Shown: positions 60,154 through 64,000 of the stretch, piece after piece | How the letters are laid out: each line of letters opens with the position of its first letter | Position numbering within the stretch: the stretch's first letter is position 1 | Source of the DNA: Candidatus Latescibacterota bacterium | GTDB lineage: Bacteria; Latescibacterota; UBA2968; UBA8231 | Assembly: GCA_965206595.1 (NCBI GenBank) | Contig: OZ242214.1 | Span: 3,904,001 to 3,968,000 of the forward strand | Reading direction: 5' to 3' | DNA: 64,000 nucleotides | The notes under the pieces: generated by a model | Seen by the model: only the letters and a program-made list of their open reading frames with translations | What the model was told of the DNA's origin: nothing | Databases searched by the model: none | Translations under genes and position numbers: made by a program

Positions 60154-62049
60154 CTACCACGGCAAAGAGTACGACGGCTCGCTGGCGTACCGCTCCATCC
60201 CCAGGTCGAGGCGGATGCGGGAGCCGGGAGCGAGCCCGACGGTGAACTTCCGGTCGTTCACCTCGACCGTCCGCTCCTCCAGCTGCCCCTCGACCACCTC
60301 CCGGAACTGGGCTTCGTGCGTCTGGCTCGCCGCGGCCTCTTCAGCACCGAGGAGACGGCGCTGCTGATACGAGGCGCTGGTGAAGCGGTGCTCGCCGAAG
60401 ACCCCGGCCTGCACCAGCATCTCCCGCTCCTCGGTGGCGCTGAGGTTCACCAGCTGCACGACGACGCGGTCCTCTTCGAGGCGCTCGACCAGGGCGGCGA
60501 CGTCGCGCGGCAGTCCGGGCCGGCGGCGGTGGCAGTCGAAGTAGCGCAGCCGGGCAACCTGCAGTCCGCCGTTGTACAGGTAGAGCGGACCGCCCATGGT
60601 CAGCTGCAGCAGCCCCTCCACGGTGATGGGATTGCGCACTTGCAGGTACCAGTCGCCGTAGGTGGCCGGGTCCTGCCGGTCGTCGCGCATGAACGCCAGC
60701 CGCTGGCGCACCTGGGCGTGGTTGTGGCGCAGGATGTCGAGCGCAAACCCGGGGTACTCCCCGTTGAGCCACGAGAACCAGGCGGCCTCGTGGCCGGCCC
60801 CGTGCTTGGAGCCGTGCGAGCGGATCCCGCGCCAGTTCTCCGACTCGTGGTTGCGCTGCTGCCGCAGCCGTTCCGCGTCGGCGGCTCTCATCGTCATCTG
60901 CCAGACGTGCGTCATCGGGGCGGCCTGCATCGGCGCGTACCCGTCCCATCCCTTGTCGTGATAATGATGGGGAGCGTACATGGTGAGGCCGCGGCGTTCC
61001 CCCTTCTCCATCAGCAGGTCGATCTGCGAACGCGGGAACTCCATGTAGCCGGGGTCGCGGCAGAGCAGCGCGGCGTTCTCCGCCGCCGCGGTAACCGCGT
61101 CGGCCATCAGGTGCCAGCCGTGCGGCCAGGTCCAGCCGTAGTAGCCGCCCCACCACTTGCCGTCGATGTACTCGCCGACCTTGCCCGACAGGCCGACGTT
61201 GTCGGGGATGATGCCGCCGTTCTCCCGGCTGCGCTCCATCCAGCTTTCCGTGTATTCGACCACCCAGTCGCGGTACTTGGCCTCGCCGCCGAACAGGTAG
61301 GCGTTGGCGACCAGGGTGGTGGCGCCGAGGTTGGTGGCGACGTCGCCGCGCCCCATGCGCTCGACGAGGGTGCGCCCCATCAGCTCCTCCATGCCCGGAT
61401 TCCGAAGGTCCTCGACCGTGTCGATGCCGGGCAGGTCGTGGAACGGCAGGGGCCACGGCTTCCACTGGTCGTAGCGGTAGGCGGTGTAGTGCTTTTCGAA
61501 GTTGCGGAACGCCGGCCCCATCGAGCCGTTGTGGGCGCATTTGATCAGCTTCTTTTCCGGGTCGTAGTTGAGCGCCTCCGGGTCCTCGTTGAGGTAAAAG
61601 CCGGCGTAGCGCCTCGCCCTGTCGGCGTTGCGCTCGTTTCCCGGGTCCGCGAGGCAGAGGTGGTAGAAGAAGGCGTACCCCTCCCCCTGGTGCATCCAGT
61701 CGTACCCCTGCTCGTACTCCTTGACCACCATCGGGTGTCCGTGCCCGGTGCCGTAGCGGCTGAACTGGCGGGTGATCCCCTCCCAGGCGAGATGGGAATA
61801 CTCGAGCAGGTGGTCGCCTCCCCCCATGAGATAGAAGAGCGGCCAGTTGTGGAAGCTCTCGTAGGCGTCGTCGAGGCCGTCGATACCGGTGAAATCCTCC
61901 CGGGTCGGCCACATCACCGCGCCGTCGCCGCGCACGTAGCGCTCCATCACGGGGGCTACCGAGTCGTCCATCAGGTCGATGAGGCTGCGCTCGAGCAGGG
62001 CCCATTCGGGCGCCTCGACAAACGGGATATTCGCTTGGATTCGGGTCAT
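60154..62049 (-). CDS. Conserved-looking 631-aa hypothetical protein, aromatic-rich, possibly alpha/alpha-barrel
   Basis: Strong host codon bias; motifs DG.DDAYESFHNWPLFY, YDWMHQGEG, GIIPDNVG, WWGGYYGWTWPHG, RPGLP.DVAALV. Confidence 0.8.
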   Translation of the reverse strand: MTRIQANIPFVEAPEWALLERSLIDLMDDSVAPVMERYVRGDGAVMWPTREDFTGIDGLDDAYESFHNWPLFYLMGGGDHLLEYSHLAWEGITRQFSRYGTGHGHPMVVKEYEQGYDWMHQGEGYAFFYHLCLADPGNERNADRARRYAGFYLNEDPEALNYDPEKKLIKCAHNGSMGPAFRNFEKHYTAYRYDQWKPWPLPFHDLPGIDTVEDLRNPGMEELMGRTLVERMGRGDVATNLGATTLVANAYLFGGEAKYRDWVVEYTESWMERSRENGGIIPDNVGLSGKVGEYIDGKWWGGYYGWTWPHGWHLMADAVTAAAENAALLCRDPGYMEFPRSQIDLLMEKGERRGLTMYAPHHYHDKGWDGYAPMQAAPMTHVWQMTMRAADAERLRQQRNHESENWRGIRSHGSKHGAGHEAAWFSWLNGEYPGFALDILRHNHAQVRQRLAFMRDDRQDPATYGDWYLQVRNPITVEGLLQLTMGGPLYLYNGGLQVARLRYFDCHRRRPGLPRDVAALVERLEEDRVVVQLVNLSATEEREMLVQAGVFGEHRFTSASYQQRRLLGAEEAAASQTHEAQFREVVEGQLEERTVEVNDRKFTVGLAPGSRIRLDLGMERYASEPSYSLPW

Positions 62050-62192
62050 GGTTCCGGCCTCCGGGCCGGTCGGATCAGGGTGGGTACACTTTCACGCGGG
62101 CTCCCGAGCCCGGGAGACTTTCCCTGCGACGGCTCGACGGTCAAGGCGGAATTCCACCGGCGGCGCCTGCGCACGACCGGGGCAACGTTGCC

Positions 62193-63443
62193 TCAACCGC
62201 CGGCCGACAGGTCGAGGCAGACGATCTCCTCCTGGTTGCGCAGGAAGAGCCTGCCGCCTGCCAGAGACGGAGCCGTCCAGCACTTCCCGTTCACCACCTG
62301 GAACCCGGCCTTGCGGCGATAGGCGTCCGGCGCCGCCTCGACCAGCGCCAGCTCTCCCTCCTCACCCAGGACGATCAGGTGTCCGTCGGCGAGGATCAGC
62401 GAGCCTTTGTTGAATCCCCGGTAGCGCCAGCGCATCTCCCCGGTCGCCGCGGAGATGCATTTGAGTATGGCGTTGTCGAAACCGTAGAGATGGCCGTCGT
62501 GCAGCACCGAAGAGTTGAACCAGTTCTTCATCTCCCGGCGGAACCAGACCTCCTCGACGCCGAGCGTGCCCGGCTCTCCGGTCATCTCGACGAGGGCCGC
62601 CCCCTTGTCGTAGGCCGCGGAGATGAAAACCCGGTCCTGCGTCACCATCAGGGGGGTGGCGATGTTGATGTTCCCCTTGAACGGGTAGCGCCAGTTGAGC
62701 TCGCCGCTGGCCGGCGCCAGCGACACCAGGGCGTGCTCGGTCAGCGACAGCACCTGCCGGGCCCCGCGCGCGGTGACCGCAATCGGCGAGGAGTAGTCGC
62801 CGCCGTCCTCGAGGGAAGTCCAGGCCACCGCGCCCGTCTCCTTGTTGAAGGCGGCGATGCAATGGGAGCCCCCGGTGCCTCCCTGGATGATCAGCAGCTC
62901 CCCCTCGACCAGCGGCGAGGCGGCGAACCCCCAGCTCGGGACGCCGCTGCCGAGAACCTCGCGCAGATTTGACGCCCAAAGGGTTTCGCCGCTGCCGGCG
63001 TTCAGCGCCACCAGCTTTCCCTGCGAGCTCAGGAAGAACACCCTGTCGCCTTCCACGGTCGGCGTCGAGCGCGGTCCGTTGCCATTCCCTTCGGTGAACT
63101 TCACGTCGAGCCGGCGCTTCCAGAGCTGCTTCCCGGTCGCCGCTTCCAGGCACAGGGCGAACTCCTCCTCGCCAGCGGCGACCATGGTGAAGGCGCGGTC
63201 CCCGGCGACCGAAACGCTGGAGAACCCCTCGCCTCCCGGCACCCTCCAGACCACGGGGGGGCCTGCCGCCGGCCACTCGCGAAGGAGGCCGGTCTCCGGG
63301 GAAATCCCGTTCCGGTTCGGGCCCCGCCACTGGGGCCAGTCCTCTCCGTGGGACGGGTCCGCCAACCGGGGAAGCGCCAGCAGCGCCAGTGCTGCGGCGG
63401 TCGGGGCGGCAAGTTGCTTCAGTCTTTCCAACACTCGTGTCAT
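62193..63443 (-). CDS. PQQ-binding-like beta-propeller protein
   Basis: Signal peptide, DWPQWRGPNRNG, GPRSTPTV, ASPLV, YSSP, W..P.LAGGRLFLRN. Confidence 0.9.
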   Translation of the reverse strand: MTRVLERLKQLAAPTAAALALLALPRLADPSHGEDWPQWRGPNRNGISPETGLLREWPAAGPPVVWRVPGGEGFSSVSVAGDRAFTMVAAGEEEFALCLEAATGKQLWKRRLDVKFTEGNGNGPRSTPTVEGDRVFFLSSQGKLVALNAGSGETLWASNLREVLGSGVPSWGFAASPLVEGELLIIQGGTGGSHCIAAFNKETGAVAWTSLEDGGDYSSPIAVTARGARQVLSLTEHALVSLAPASGELNWRYPFKGNINIATPLMVTQDRVFISAAYDKGAALVEMTGEPGTLGVEEVWFRREMKNWFNSSVLHDGHLYGFDNAILKCISAATGEMRWRYRGFNKGSLILADGHLIVLGEEGELALVEAAPDAYRRKAGFQVVNGKCWTAPSLAGGRLFLRNQEEIVCLDLSAGG

Positions 63444-63455
63444 GACGGCTCCTGG

Positions 63456-63998
63456 TCAGCTGTTTCTTTGAGGTGCGAAGCGTTCGGTGATCAGCATCGA
63501 CGGCGTTCCCGCGGTGACGAAGCGATAGGTGCGGCTGACGACCGGCCGGTCGGGGGGCAGTCCCGGAAGGTCGACCTGCTCCATTCCGCACCAGAGCAGG
63601 TCGCCGTGCAGCTCGATCCGCTCCCGGCGCAGGGCGCGGCCGATGCCGAGATCCGGTCTGGCGAGGGCGATCCGCAACCCGGGAGGCAGGCGCTCCTCGA
63701 CCATCAGGGCCTGCCCGTGGACGTACACCCTGCCGCTCTCGGCGCCGGTCAGCAGCACCGAGCGCGAGGCGACCCGGTCGCCTGACGCGGCCTGCAGCCA
63801 GGGCTGGTCGCCGTCCAGGGCGATCCTCTCCTGAGACAGCGGTCGGACGTCGACCCCTTCGAGCTGGTGCGCCTCGATGAACTGGGTCACCAGGCCGACG
63901 ATGACCAGCAGGCTGCGCTCGAACGGGGTCAGCGCCTCGAGGTCGATCTCCCCCAGGTGGGCGGGCCGCTTCTGCTGGGCGATGAAAAGCCGCGGCAG
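63456..63998 (-). CDS. Chorismate pyruvate-lyase-like (DUF98) protein; 5' end outside window
   Basis: Frame open to window edge; LTPFERSLL..G.VT.FIEA, R.VLL.G, GIGR.L, SRTY, P.MLITE.F. Confidence 0.7.
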   Translation of the reverse strand: MPRLFIAQQKRPAHLGEIDLEALTPFERSLLVIVGLVTQFIEAHQLEGVDVRPLSQERIALDGDQPWLQAASGDRVASRSVLLTGAESGRVYVHGQALMVEERLPPGLRIALARPDLGIGRALRRERIELHGDLLWCGMEQVDLPGLPPDRPVVSRTYRFVTAGTPSMLITERFAPQRNS

Positions 63999-64000
63999 GA

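Noticed and set aside
60316-62322. 668-aa + strand ORF and 554-aa minus-strand ORF
   Set aside because: Shadows of the 631-aa gene, which has the host codon pattern.

Overview
High-GC bacterial window with no rRNA, tRNA or CRISPR array. The gene content (giant Calx-beta autotransporter, PhyH dioxygenases, MR/MLE enolases, FlgD-Ig secreted protein, PQQ and NHL propellers) resembles Latescibacterota/Gemmatimonadota-type sponge symbionts; this is inference only. The first 17 kb is the 5'-truncated gene for a >5,670-aa repeat adhesin with near-identical 684-bp units. The rest alternates intact catabolic genes with short, often AT-richer islets of toxin-antitoxin, restriction-modification and nuclease remnants, one decayed IS701-family element, and many genes collapsed by internal deletion. 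Best candidates for new biology: (i) a four-gene envelope locus with an atypical kinase-like domain fused to an Omp85 barrel, an SdiA-regulated propeller and a substrate-binding protein that share one N-terminal anchor, and a DUF4956 membrane protein; (ii) a ~225-nt three-hairpin candidate RNA beside a UDG-fold gene; (iii) a synonymously diverged 5'-gene duplication bracketing AT-rich cargo. All family calls come from motif recognition by eye, not database searches.
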